A stretch of DNA of 64,000 nucleotides from Candidatus Bathyarchaeota archaeon (GTDB taxonomy: Archaea; Thermoproteota; Bathyarchaeia; Bathyarchaeales; Bathycorpusculaceae): positions 2,752,001-2,816,000 of the forward strand of contig OY969706.1 of NCBI GenBank assembly GCA_963702095.1, given 5' to 3'. The notes beneath the pieces are model-generated. The model was given only the letters and a program-made list of their open reading frames with translations. It was not told where the DNA came from and searched no databases. Below, piece after piece: positions 55,561 through 64,000 of the stretch (the first letter of the stretch is position 1; every line of letters begins with the position of its first letter). Position numbers and translations under genes: made by a program.

Positions 55561-58287
55561 TCAACTTTTGGAGCGGCGTCTTCTGCGTATGAAAACTTTG
55601 GTTACCTCGTCAAGCAGAATAAAGCCTAAAGCGAATCCGAAGCCAATCGACCATTGCTCACTGCTCAGTGGTGTCGTGTTGGCAATTTCTCTTAGTAAGC
55701 CGGCGCCTAGAAAAAGGAAAAGCAAAGCCACCCCATAGAGCGCCAGTTGCCGCCAGCCCGGTAGGAGGTCTTTGGAGAATATGGTTTCTGTTTCGCTTCT
55801 CGAAGTCACTCCGAGGGCTACGCTTAGCAACGCGAAGATAGCGTACCCCATCGTTATAGCCTGGTTCGAAGCTACTCCACTGTAGTAGGCTTCGATGAAC
55901 AAAGTGGCAGCCGCGATAATTACGCCCAAGAAGACTATGCGCAGCCACTGGTACCGTGACAGCACCGGCTGAGCGAGCGGACGAGGTTTACGCTTCATTA
56001 ACCCCGGCGAAGGGTCGTCGAACCCCAAAGCGATGGCGATGGGAACTTGAATTAGGAAGTTTATCCAAAGAACAGTCAGCGGACTGAAAGGTGTGCCGCC
56101 CAAGATTGAGAAGAACGCAGCACCCAAAAAAGTAGCGATAAAAGCCACCAACGTGCCCATCTGGAAACGGATGTACTTTACCAAGTTGTCGTAGATGCCC
56201 CGTCCATATTCTACTGCGCCAACGATGGTGGCAAAGTTGTCGTCGGTGAGAATCATTACTGCCGCATCCTTAGACACCTCGGTGCCGGTGATTCCCATAG
56301 CGACCCCAATGTCGGCTTTTTTGAGGGCTGGGGCATCGTTGACCCCGTCTCCTGTCATGGCTACGATGTTGCTTTTCTTCTGCAGCAGAGACACCAGCCG
56401 CAATTTGTCCTCGGGGGCTACACGTGCGATAACTCCGATTTCGCCCAATTCCCTGTCGACTTCTTCATCCTTCATGGCGGCGAACTGGGTGCCAGTTAAT
56501 GCTTTGCCCTCGATTCCGAGCTCGTGACCTATGACTTCTGCTGTGGTGGCATAGTCGCCGGTGATCATGCGTACTTGGATACCGGCGTCGTGGCATTTGG
56601 CGATGGAGTCTTTAGCTTCACGCCGTGGAGGATCAACCATGCCGACTATAGCAAGTAATGTTAAGTCGTTTATTTCATCAAGGAGTTTGCTGTGTTGATC
56701 AAAGGTTTGGGGGTCAAAATCTTTGCGGGTTACTACAATTACGCGTTCGCCAGCTTTTGCCATCCGCTCGTTTTCCACGTTAGCCACTGGACGGTTTTCT
56801 TGGGTTATTGGTAGGACTTTGCCGCCGGGCGTCCAATATGAGTTGCTGCGGGAGATCAACACGTCCGGCGCCCCCTTGACGAAGGCACGCACAACTGGTT
56901 TGCCCTCAACGTTGGTCGTGTTGTGGAAGGTTGCCATGAACTTGTATTCTGAATCAAAGGGCACCTCTGCTATCCGCGGGTAATTCTTCCTCGCATCCTC
57001 GACGCTTATGCCGCCTTTCTCAGCCAGCACTATCAGGGCACCTTCGGTGGGGTCACCGATCACAGTGTCCTCTTTGAGAGTAGCGTCGGCGCACAGCGCC
57101 ATGGGCAACAGTATCTCGTCTAAGTCAATTTTGGCGCCGCCGTCATGCAGTAGCTGCCCCTGAGTGCTGTAGCCTTCGCCTGTCACCCGATAGTGATTTC
57201 TGCCCGGTACAGAAAATTCCCGTACAGTCATCTTGTTTAACGTAAGTGTCCCGGTTTTATCTGAGCAGATGGCAGAAACCGACCCTAAAGTCTCAACTGA
57301 AGGCAGACGCTTCACGATGGCGTTGTGGCTGGCTAAGACACGGGTGCCCTCAGAATACAATGTAGTCACCACAACAGGCATGCCGGTGGGGATAGCCGCG
57401 ATTGCCAAAGCTACCCCTGCAATGAAGAGTGTTTCAAACGCCTGCCCCTGACTTAACCCAAAAATAACCATCAAAACAAAGGTGATGCCTGCTATTCCAG
57501 CGATGATAAGTGTGAGCCTGTCTAACTGTTTCTGCAGTGGTGTCTTTTCAGACTTAGTTTTATTGATTAAGTCCGCGATATGCCCCATTTCAGTGCCCAT
57601 GCCCGTCGTGGTCACCATCATTTCTCCCCTGCCGCGAGTGACCGCTGTGTTCATGTAAGCCATGCAGTGTCGATCACCTAAGGGCGCATTGGGCTCAGTG
57701 ATGACTTCAGTATTTTTCGGAGACGCAACACTTTCCCCAGTCAAAGCCGCCTCCTCAACCTCGAGTGAGGCAGCAACAAAGAGGTGCCCATCCGCTGGCA
57801 CTCGGTCCCCCGCTTCAACAAGCACGACGTCGCCTGGCACTATTTGCTCGGCGTCAATCTCGGTTTTCTGCCCATCCCGGCGCACGTGGGCAACGTTCTT
57901 AATCATTTTTTCCAAAGATGCCACGCTAGCTTGGGCTTTTGCTTCCTGCTTTAGTCCCAGCAATGCGTTGGAGACTGTTAGTCCAAGCAGAACCAGTGTG
58001 GTGCCCAGTTGGGCGGTGAACACAAGGCTGATTATTGCAGCCGCGACTAGAATGATCTGCATGAAATCGCGGTATTGACGCAGAAAAGCATGGAAGCCTG
58101 ATTCTTTCTTTTTGCCCGAGAAGATGTTTGGTCCGTATTTCTGTAGGCGCGTCTCTGCTTCAGTTGCGCTTAACCCTTTCTTTGGGTTTACATCTAATTT
58201 GTTTGCTGTTTGCTCGACGCTCAACTTGTGCCAAGTTTCCTGCTCCGCCGGCTGACTGTGAGGCATTGATTTGGGTTTCTTTGGCAT
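55561..58287 (-). CDS. P-type cation-transporting ATPase (type II-like)
   Basis: LTGES, DKTGTLT, KGAPD, MITGD and TGDGVNDAPAL motifs. Confidence 0.95.
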   Translation of the reverse strand: MPKKPKSMPHSQPAEQETWHKLSVEQTANKLDVNPKKGLSATEAETRLQKYGPNIFSGKKKESGFHAFLRQYRDFMQIILVAAAIISLVFTAQLGTTLVLLGLTVSNALLGLKQEAKAQASVASLEKMIKNVAHVRRDGQKTEIDAEQIVPGDVVLVEAGDRVPADGHLFVAASLEVEEAALTGESVASPKNTEVITEPNAPLGDRHCMAYMNTAVTRGRGEMMVTTTGMGTEMGHIADLINKTKSEKTPLQKQLDRLTLIIAGIAGITFVLMVIFGLSQGQAFETLFIAGVALAIAAIPTGMPVVVTTLYSEGTRVLASHNAIVKRLPSVETLGSVSAICSDKTGTLTLNKMTVREFSVPGRNHYRVTGEGYSTQGQLLHDGGAKIDLDEILLPMALCADATLKEDTVIGDPTEGALIVLAEKGGISVEDARKNYPRIAEVPFDSEYKFMATFHNTTNVEGKPVVRAFVKGAPDVLISRSNSYWTPGGKVLPITQENRPVANVENERMAKAGERVIVVTRKDFDPQTFDQHSKLLDEINDLTLLAIVGMVDPPRREAKDSIAKCHDAGIQVRMITGDYATTAEVIGHELGIEGKALTGTQFAAMKDEEVDRELGEIGVIARVAPEDKLRLVSLLQKKSNIVAMTGDGVNDAPALKKADIGVAMGITGTEVSKDAAVMILTDDNFATIVGAVEYGRGIYDNLVKYIRFQMGTLVAFIATFLGAAFFSILGGTPFSPLTVLWINFLIQVPIAIALGFDDPSPGLMKRKPRPLAQPVLSRYQWLRIVFLGVIIAAATLFIEAYYSGVASNQAITMGYAIFALLSVALGVTSRSETETIFSKDLLPGWRQLALYGVALLFLFLGAGLLREIANTTPLSSEQWSIGFGFALGFILLDEVTKVFIRRRRRSKS

Positions 58288-58799
58288 TAAAAAACCTCAA
58301 AATAAGCTCTAAACTTTGGGTTGATATGTAAAAACCGCTTTTCCTATGTTAACCTAGAGAAACGAGTATACTAAAGGGTTTCTCTGGGGCAGCTTGGTGC
58401 CGGAGAGAGGGATATTCCGATTAAATTTGTGTTTAATGGTCAAGTGTATAGGTGTTCACAACTATTATGAACAAATCTTAACTAACCTTATATTAAACCA
58501 AACGAACGTATGTATAGAACGATAGGGAGCTAAACAAAATGAAAATAGAAATATCCCGAAGCCTTGAACAGGTGAAGAAAAAAGGACCCCGGATGGCGGC
58601 AGCATTTGAAGAAGCTGAAAAGTCGGTGATGCTGGTTGCCTTAAAAGCAATCTCTTCATGCACCCAATTTGCATTTGACAGGTTTTCACAAAACAGCAAA
58701 GCCATGAATAATGGCGCCAATTAAAACTCATCTTTTTCTAACCCCAAATGACTTCTTGTAGTAAATTGACTGTGACTGTAACTTCGCGCCAAAGTAGAA

Positions 58800-58923
58800 T
58801 GGCGCCGGGGAAGGGATTCGAACCCCTGCGAGCCGAAGCCCACCAGCTATCTTGCCACTGTTGATCTGGCTGCCCATTTTTAAGATCTCGAGGCTGGCGC
58901 GATAACCACTCCGCCACCCCGGC
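58800..58923 (-). tRNA. tRNA-Ser(CGA) with a 38-nt intron (58849-58886) and encoded CCA
   Basis: GCCGGGG/CCCCGGC acceptor stem, CCAGC/GCTGG anticodon stem with CT-CGA-G, long variable arm GGGCTTCGGCTC, and GTTCGAATC T-loop. Confidence 0.93.
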
Positions 58924-59013
58924 ACCGCAGACTATCTTCGCGTTTCCCTCTAAAAGAGTTTTCAGTCAAAGCAGACAGTTTGGCGGAAGGATCAGTTTTG
59001 GATTAAGCTTCTA

Positions 59014-59190
59014 TCTCTTTATGTGGGTGTGGCGGTTTGCAGGGTGCCAGACGATTGTTTTAGAATACGTTTGCTTTTTGATTTTGCAACGATTATCGGC
59101 TCCTGTTTCGGTGTGGCATATGGGTTTTTCTCCACACGCCCTGAATAGTTATATGTTGAAGCCGCTTCGATGTGTATGTGAAAGCATGAA
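59014..59190 (+). repeat. Dispersed intergenic repeat family B, copy 3
   Basis: CTCTTTATGTGGGTGTGGCGGTTTG...CCTGTTTCGGTGTGGCA...CCACACGCC...AAGCATG. Confidence 0.85.
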
Positions 59191-59371
59191 TCATTTCTTT
59201 TTTTAGCGAGGGCCAGTGAATAGCATAATGCAGTCGGGCACTAGCATGGTCCATACAGCGGGGTTAGTCATCGCTCACTTTCAACCAACCCAAACCAAAC
59301 GTCCTGTACGCAATTTTGAGGCTCAAAAGCAGAACAAAAAGGCTATTCCAGTAACCAATTGAACTGGCAAG

Positions 59372-60166
59372 TTAAGCGCCACCTATATAATCAATCGAAA
59401 ACTCAGCACCCCCACTTACACCCGAGACATTCACAAGTTGAATCGACTGATTATTCTGAACCTCAGGCTCCATGTAGACGCGGTTGTCTGAGAAATCAGC
59501 GATTCCCCCCGTCCTCCCCGATATGGTAGTTTGGCAACCCAAGAAAGTCACGCTTCCAAAATTTGCCAACTCTGCAAGTGCACCGTTAACTTGTGGTCTC
59601 TCAACAATCCACTCTACACTCAGCTTCTGAGCGTTGTACTGGAAGTTTTGCTTGAAGCTTTGACCCGTATTTTGGTCTTCTATGGAAATAGACCAGGTGT
59701 TCGTAGCTGAGTCAGCAAGGTTTATGGAGGCTTGCATCTGGTCACCTGGAGATACCTGCATCGAATTTATTTTTATTTGGTTGTCTGGAAGCATCTCGTA
59801 CCACGCATAATAATTCGCTGCTCCATCTGCGTAGTCCTGCTCCGTGCCGACTTGAATGAGGCTGCTATCAAACATACCGCCTATCCCAACCCACGCCGCT
59901 GAATAAGCGTTTGCTCCAATGTCTTTTACCTTGGGCACAGTCCAAGAAGCACTTACAGCAGTAACAGCTGCCTGTGGAAAGAACAAGTTGGAGGCAGCAA
60001 TATACCCAGCCCAGTTCCCCGCAACAGAAACAATCGGCACCGGCAGAGGTCTTTGCAAAAAACCCGTATTATTGAAGAATACTATAAAAACTAAAAAACC
60101 TGCAATAACCAAAAAAACAATCCCTACAACTGTCGCTCCTACACTTCGATGGCGGTGTCTAGACAC
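59372..60166 (-). CDS. Membrane-anchored glutamic peptidase, family G1 (eqolisin-like)
   Basis: NWAGY, SWTVP, WVGIGG, LIQVGT, AWYEM and EWIVERP motifs; N-terminal TM. Confidence 0.88.
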   Translation of the reverse strand: MSRHRHRSVGATVVGIVFLVIAGFLVFIVFFNNTGFLQRPLPVPIVSVAGNWAGYIAASNLFFPQAAVTAVSASWTVPKVKDIGANAYSAAWVGIGGMFDSSLIQVGTEQDYADGAANYYAWYEMLPDNQIKINSMQVSPGDQMQASINLADSATNTWSISIEDQNTGQSFKQNFQYNAQKLSVEWIVERPQVNGALAELANFGSVTFLGCQTTISGRTGGIADFSDNRVYMEPEVQNNQSIQLVNVSGVSGGAEFSIDYIGGA

Positions 60167-60297
60167 TTAGAAAACCCCATGAACCTTAGGGGCTCTTTTG
60201 ATTTAAAGATGTGTGGGAGTAACCAAACAGTCCCGAACACACCAAACCGACCCGAAATTCGCAGCGCATTGGGCGAACATTTTATCAACCCGTATGC

Positions 60298-60801
60298 ATG
60301 GCATCACAAAACATCGGAAGAGAGAAAAAATTGATCAGTAAAATAACCGAGCAACTTTTCCTAAGCCAAGTCATCGGCGTCTTGGGTGCCGACCTCAGTG
60401 GCTCAAACGGCAGCCTCAAAAACTTGGAGAACTTGGGCATAACCCATGTCGTAAGCGTTTGCCCCGAACCCGACTTAATCGAAAAAGAAACCAGCCTCTT
60501 CGCCGCATCCAACAACGACTTTAGCTTCCACAGCATACCCGCCCCAACAAGCCAAGCGGAGCCAAACATGGACCCATGGATAGCAGGTCTTAACACAGCC
60601 ATAGAGGAAGTCACAGCCATCTTAGCTAGGAACGCAGAGGCAAAAATCCTTGTCCACTGCATAGAAGGCGTCGACAGAAGCCCCTACATAGTCGCCACAA
60701 TAATCGCACAGCAAAATAACATCCTGCTAAACCAAGCCTACCAACAGGTAAAAGCCGCAAGACCAATCATAAAAGAACACTACGAATGGCAAAACGCCTA
60801 A
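60298..60801 (+). CDS. Dual-specificity protein phosphatase family
   Basis: GITHVVSV, catalytic VHCIEGVDRS (CX5R) and AYQQVKAARP. Confidence 0.88.
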   Translation: MASQNIGREKKLISKITEQLFLSQVIGVLGADLSGSNGSLKNLENLGITHVVSVCPEPDLIEKETSLFAASNNDFSFHSIPAPTSQAEPNMDPWIAGLNTAIEEVTAILARNAEAKILVHCIEGVDRSPYIVATIIAQQNNILLNQAYQQVKAARPIIKEHYEWQNA

Positions 60802-60810
60802 CACGACAGC

Positions 60811-60945
60811 TTTTGTTTTTTTAATATTAAGAAGAAGAGAAGATGCCCCTTACTCATCATCTACCCGCGGGCTTGGCAGGCAACTGTTTTTTTGCGTCAG
60901 CGTTTGAGATGCATTGCAGGCTGGTTGAGGCGATTCCACAAGCAG
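60811..60945 (+). repeat. Dispersed intergenic repeat family A, copy 5
   Basis: TTTTTT..TTAAGAAGAAGAGA..CCCTTACTCATCATCT..GGGCTTGG..TTGCAGGCTGGTTGAGGCGATTCCACAAGCAG. Confidence 0.82.
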
Positions 60946-61014
60946 ATAGCGGGTTAGGCGTATTCACACCAAAAAATATAACTACTGTGACATTAAATGT
61001 AATCCCGGTAACAT

Positions 61015-61215
61015 ATGACTCAATGTTTAGCTAAAACAAGAAAAGTCGGCGGCTCAATTGTAGTGACTTTGCCCAAAGAAATCGTTGAAAGCAAGAAAAT
61101 CAAAGAAGGCGAAATCATCGAAATCACCGTAAAAAAAGTCCGCAAAGAAGGCTTCGGAATCCTAAAAGGCGTAGGACCATTCACTGCCGAAGACGAGCTG
61201 ACAACTCATGACTAA
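61015..61215 (+). CDS. vapB: AbrB/MazE-type antitoxin (VapB)
   Basis: RKVGGSIVVTLPKEI..IKEGE; overlaps the PIN gene start. Confidence 0.88.
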   Translation: MTQCLAKTRKVGGSIVVTLPKEIVESKKIKEGEIIEITVKKVRKEGFGILKGVGPFTAEDELTTHD

Positions 61216-61591
61216 ACACGTCATCGACGCCTACGCATGGATAGAATACCTAGACGGCAGTGCCAAAGGCAAAAAGGTAGCGGCAATCCTCGAGGAAAAC
61301 GACGAAATATACACCTGCGCCATAACACTGGGCGAAGTAGTGAGCAAAGTTGCACGCATTGGCAAAGACGCAAAAATAGCCTACGACATCCTGCTAAGCA
61401 ACTCTCAAATAATCACAGCAGACGAAGAACTATCCCTACAAGCAGGGCTCGTCCATTGTGAGATGCGAAAAACACAAAAAGACATCGGATTAGCAGACGC
61501 CTACATCCTAGCCGTCGCACGAAAACTCAAATCAAAAATTCTCACAGGCGACCCCCATTTCCAAGGGCTAAAAGAAGCAATAATGCTGTAA
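61208..61591 (+). CDS. vapC: PIN-domain toxin VapC
   Basis: VIDAYAWIEY, TLGEV, LADAYILA and LTGDPHF motifs. Confidence 0.92.
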   Translation: MTKHVIDAYAWIEYLDGSAKGKKVAAILEENDEIYTCAITLGEVVSKVARIGKDAKIAYDILLSNSQIITADEELSLQAGLVHCEMRKTQKDIGLADAYILAVARKLKSKILTGDPHFQGLKEAIML

Positions 61592-62563
61592 CTGCATTAA
61601 TGCATTGACCAAAGCTCCCCACAACACCCAACCAAACATCAATACTGCCAACGGCTAAACGCCTAAACAGATCAGAACCACCGCTTGATTCTCTAACTCT
61701 AAGTAGTAGTGAAAAACCCCTATACACAACAACAACCAGCAGATCAAGAAGAACAATGCATTGCAACTTCAGCGCCTGGGGACGACTGCAGGCTGGTTGT
61801 GCAGTCACCGCAAGCAACGCCGTTAAGCCACGTTGGCGAGGTCACATGCGATTTTTTCTCTACTCCCCTCTATTTATAGGCTCCACAAACGCAGAGTAAA
61901 CCGCTTTTTAGATAGGCGACCACTGAAAAACCATAAAAGTGGTTGTGCGGTTGCAAGGTTTTATGTGGTGGTCGTCAACAGTTGTTTTGGCGTTAGCGTA
62001 AGGTTTACGTTGCAGACCTGTGAGGGGCAAATCCGCAAACAGCAACCCACCCATCAGACACCACACCAAACAACCCAACAAAAACAACATAGCTCTAAAC
62101 CACGCTTACCGAACAGTAAAAACCACACACCCAACAAAACACAAACACTACAAATGGCTAAACGCCTTATGTGTCCTTTCTTTCTTTGACCTACCTATAC
62201 CTCAGAGAGAGGTCCCCTCCCCTCTACTGGTCCTGAAACGAGTTTCTAATGGGCACCAAATATACCGGCTGTTACCTTTCCCTCTATAGGTTCCAGCATA
62301 GAACCACTAATAGGTCCCAAATAGGTCGCCTAAACCCCTATTGGAAAACAGCAGATTATCCTAATAGGCAATGCAATATCCTAAATACTATTTTCAGGTC
62401 GCTAATTTTTAATCACCCTATCTGAGGCATTAATGCAATTCATAGACCAATAATCAATTACCATTATTCATTATCTGAATAAAATATTGAAAAATTGAAT
62501 ATAACTCGTATGTTTATGGCTTTTCATCACATTTAAATTACGGCCAAATCACTAATCTGTAAT

Positions 62564-62704
62564 ATGACCCAGTTGCCGCTCCTAACGACCAATCCGCCTG
62601 TGATTACAGAAGTCCTTTCGGAGGAAGGCTTCAAGGCTTACTTGGTTGGGTTTAACTTTAAGAATTATCGTTGGGATGATTTTATAGAGCCAAAATTTGA
62701 TTGA
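62564..62704 (+). CDS. Candidate small protein (46 aa)
   Basis: MTQLPLLTTNPPVITEVLSEEGFKAYLVGFNFKNYRWDDFIEPKFD*. TATA-like TTTAAATT lies about 25 nt upstream of the ATG (leaderless geometry). Confidence 0.45.
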   Translation: MTQLPLLTTNPPVITEVLSEEGFKAYLVGFNFKNYRWDDFIEPKFD

Positions 62705-62885
62705 CAGAGCAGAACTAATTCCTTACGAGCGGTCAAAGGTTCTTAAGAATCTTTAGATACTTTACCCTTGTAGTATTAGCATTAACTAACGCCAAGAGCC
62801 AGACGAAGTGCGTTTTTTAGCTTATTTGTCATAAAGTATAAGAATAAGGGTGTTTCCTTATTGGGAAGCTGGTAGTGAATTTACC

Positions 62886-63161
62886 GTGAATGTTCCTAAA
62901 GAAGTCAATACGTACTGTCCTAAATGTAAACATCACACTGTTCATACTGTTAGCCTCTACAAGGCTGGTAAACGCCGTGCATTGGCTGCAGGTGAACGCG
63001 CCCACGCACGTGAAAAAGAAGGTTACGGCGGACAAAAATATCCGTTGCAACGCGAGTTTGCTAAAACCACAAAGAAGCAGACCCTGCGCTTAAAATGCAA
63101 GACCTGCAACTATATGTATCACAAAGACGGTATCCGCCTAAGAAAACTAGCAATAGTGTAG
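62886..63161 (+). CDS. rpl44e: 50S ribosomal protein L44e
   Basis: PKEVNTYCPKCKHHT..GYGGQ..KTTKK..C..C. Confidence 0.96.
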   Translation: MNVPKEVNTYCPKCKHHTVHTVSLYKAGKRRALAAGERAHAREKEGYGGQKYPLQREFAKTTKKQTLRLKCKTCNYMYHKDGIRLRKLAIV

Positions 63162-63181
63162 AATTAATTGGAGAAATAAAA

Positions 63182-63379
63182 ATGTCTGATTGGAACAAAC
63201 TTATCCCCAAGCCACGCAGCGTTTTTCTGCGGGTCAAATGCGCCAAATGCGGCAATGAACAACTCATTTTCAGCAACGCAGTCAACGTCATAACCTGCAA
63301 CGTATGCGGCACAACCTTAGCTGAACCCAGCGGTGGCAGAGCCAAAATCAACGGCGAAGTTCTCTCCGTGCTTGAGTAG
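63182..63379 (+). CDS. rps27e: 30S ribosomal protein S27e
   Basis: PRSVFLRVKCAKCGNEQ..CNVCG..EPSGG. Confidence 0.96.
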   Translation: MSDWNKLIPKPRSVFLRVKCAKCGNEQLIFSNAVNVITCNVCGTTLAEPSGGRAKINGEVLSVLE

Positions 63380-63391
63380 GAGAGCAACCGC

Positions 63392-64000
63392 ATGGCTGAG
63401 CGTAAGCCGCAGTGGCCTGAAGTCGGCGACCTCGTCATCGCCACCATAGAAACCGTCACTGACTACGGCGCCTACGCCAGACTCGACGAATATGACAAAC
63501 GCGGGTTACTCCATGTTTCCGAAATTTCTTCTTCATGGATAAGAAACATACGTGACTTCATCCGTGAAAACCAAAAAGTTACCCTCAAAGTTCTCAGAGT
63601 TGACCATGAAAAAGGCCACATAGACCTCTCCTTGCGCCGGGTCACCAAACGCGAACGCATAGAAAAGGTGATGTCTTGGAAGAAGGAACGCAAAGCCGAA
63701 GCCCTCGTCCGCGGCGTAGCAGAGAAAGTCGGTTTAACCAGCGATGAGGTTTACCAGGAAGCAGGCGCTGCCATAGAGGAGAAATATGACCTCTACGAGG
63801 CGTTTGAGAAAGCCGCCATCGAAGGCCCCGAAGCACTCACCGATTTAGGCGTCCCAGAAAACCTTGCCAAAGCATTCAGTGAAGTCGCCGAGGAACGCAT
63901 CCACGTAAAAATGGTCAAGGTCCGCGGAGTCCTAGAAATCCGAGTGGTTAAACCCAACGGCGTAAAGGTCATAAAAGAAGCTTTTTACAAAGCCGAGAAG
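63392..64000 (+). CDS. eif2a: Translation initiation factor aIF2 alpha (runs off the window)
   Basis: My translation: MAERKPQWPEVGDLVIATIETVTDYGAYARLDEYDKRGLLHVSEISSSWIRNIRDF (S1 domain), following rpl44e-rps27e. Confidence 0.95.
   Translation, partial: MAERKPQWPEVGDLVIATIETVTDYGAYARLDEYDKRGLLHVSEISSSWIRNIRDFIRENQKVTLKVLRVDHEKGHIDLSLRRVTKRERIEKVMSWKKERKAEALVRGVAEKVGLTSDEVYQEAGAAIEEKYDLYEAFEKAAIEGPEALTDLGVPENLAKAFSEVAEERIHVKMVKVRGVLEIRVVKPNGVKVIKEAFYKAEK

Noticed and set aside
411-58331. Numerous short antisense or alternate-frame ORFs overlapping recognised genes
   Set aside because: They are shadow ORFs of well-supported genes, with no independent motifs.
58450-58806. Integrated element at the tRNA-Ser 3' end (AATGGCGCC repeated near 58711; AT-rich small ORFs)
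   Set aside because: The match is only 9 bp, about 90 bp away, and no integrase is present. Too weak to call an att site.
58728-58925. 65-aa ORF on the minus strand
   Set aside because: It overlaps the tRNA-Ser gene entirely.
59021-59206. Homologous 61-aa ORFs at 59021 and 51277-51462 (and ORFs at 15412/15477) as a small-protein family
   Set aside because: They are translations of repeat family B. The ATG frame is interrupted in two of three copies, and substitutions show no clear codon bias.
61542-62289. Several 60-118 aa ORFs in the long intergenic region
   Set aside because: They are low-complexity translations of AC/GT-skewed DNA that overlap in several frames and carry no motifs.

Overview
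This is an archaeal chromosomal window, most consistent with Bathyarchaeia or a related TACK lineage. It encodes Elf1, both PolD subunits, GGGP synthase, Pus10 and archaeal ribosomal and translation genes. The left half is core housekeeping: rpl10e, a Trm11-like gene, hemK-rsmA-DUF655-rpoF-rpl21e-pus10-srp54, eIF5A, nadK-nob1, secG, polC and nadE. It leads into what is very likely a replication origin: three ORB-like boxes and an AT-rich unwinding element directly upstream of cdc6, next to polB (DP1). The most novel-looking signal is around this origin. Three uncharacterised DNA-binding-type genes, one predicted as membrane anchor + coiled coil + winged helix, are bracketed by dense clusters of TGTGAT/ATCACA or TGTGAA/TTCACA motifs. 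This suggests a ParA-less origin-organising or membrane-tethering (centromere-like) system. Two families of dispersed non-coding intergenic repeats (about 140-155 bp, 5 copies; about 180 bp, 3 copies) are scattered across the window. Two near-identical copies form an inverted pair around the oriC cassette. The right half is more accessory: ahcY, MgtE/TrkA-C transport genes, a fused radical SAM gene, a trehalose/glycogen cluster (treT, treZ, GH57, treY, malQ), a P-type ATPase, an intron-containing tRNA-Ser(CGA), vapBC, and finally rpl44e-rps27e-eIF2alpha. Four genes carry single-base frameshifts that may be sequencing errors. All family assignments come from motif recognition by eye, not from database searches.
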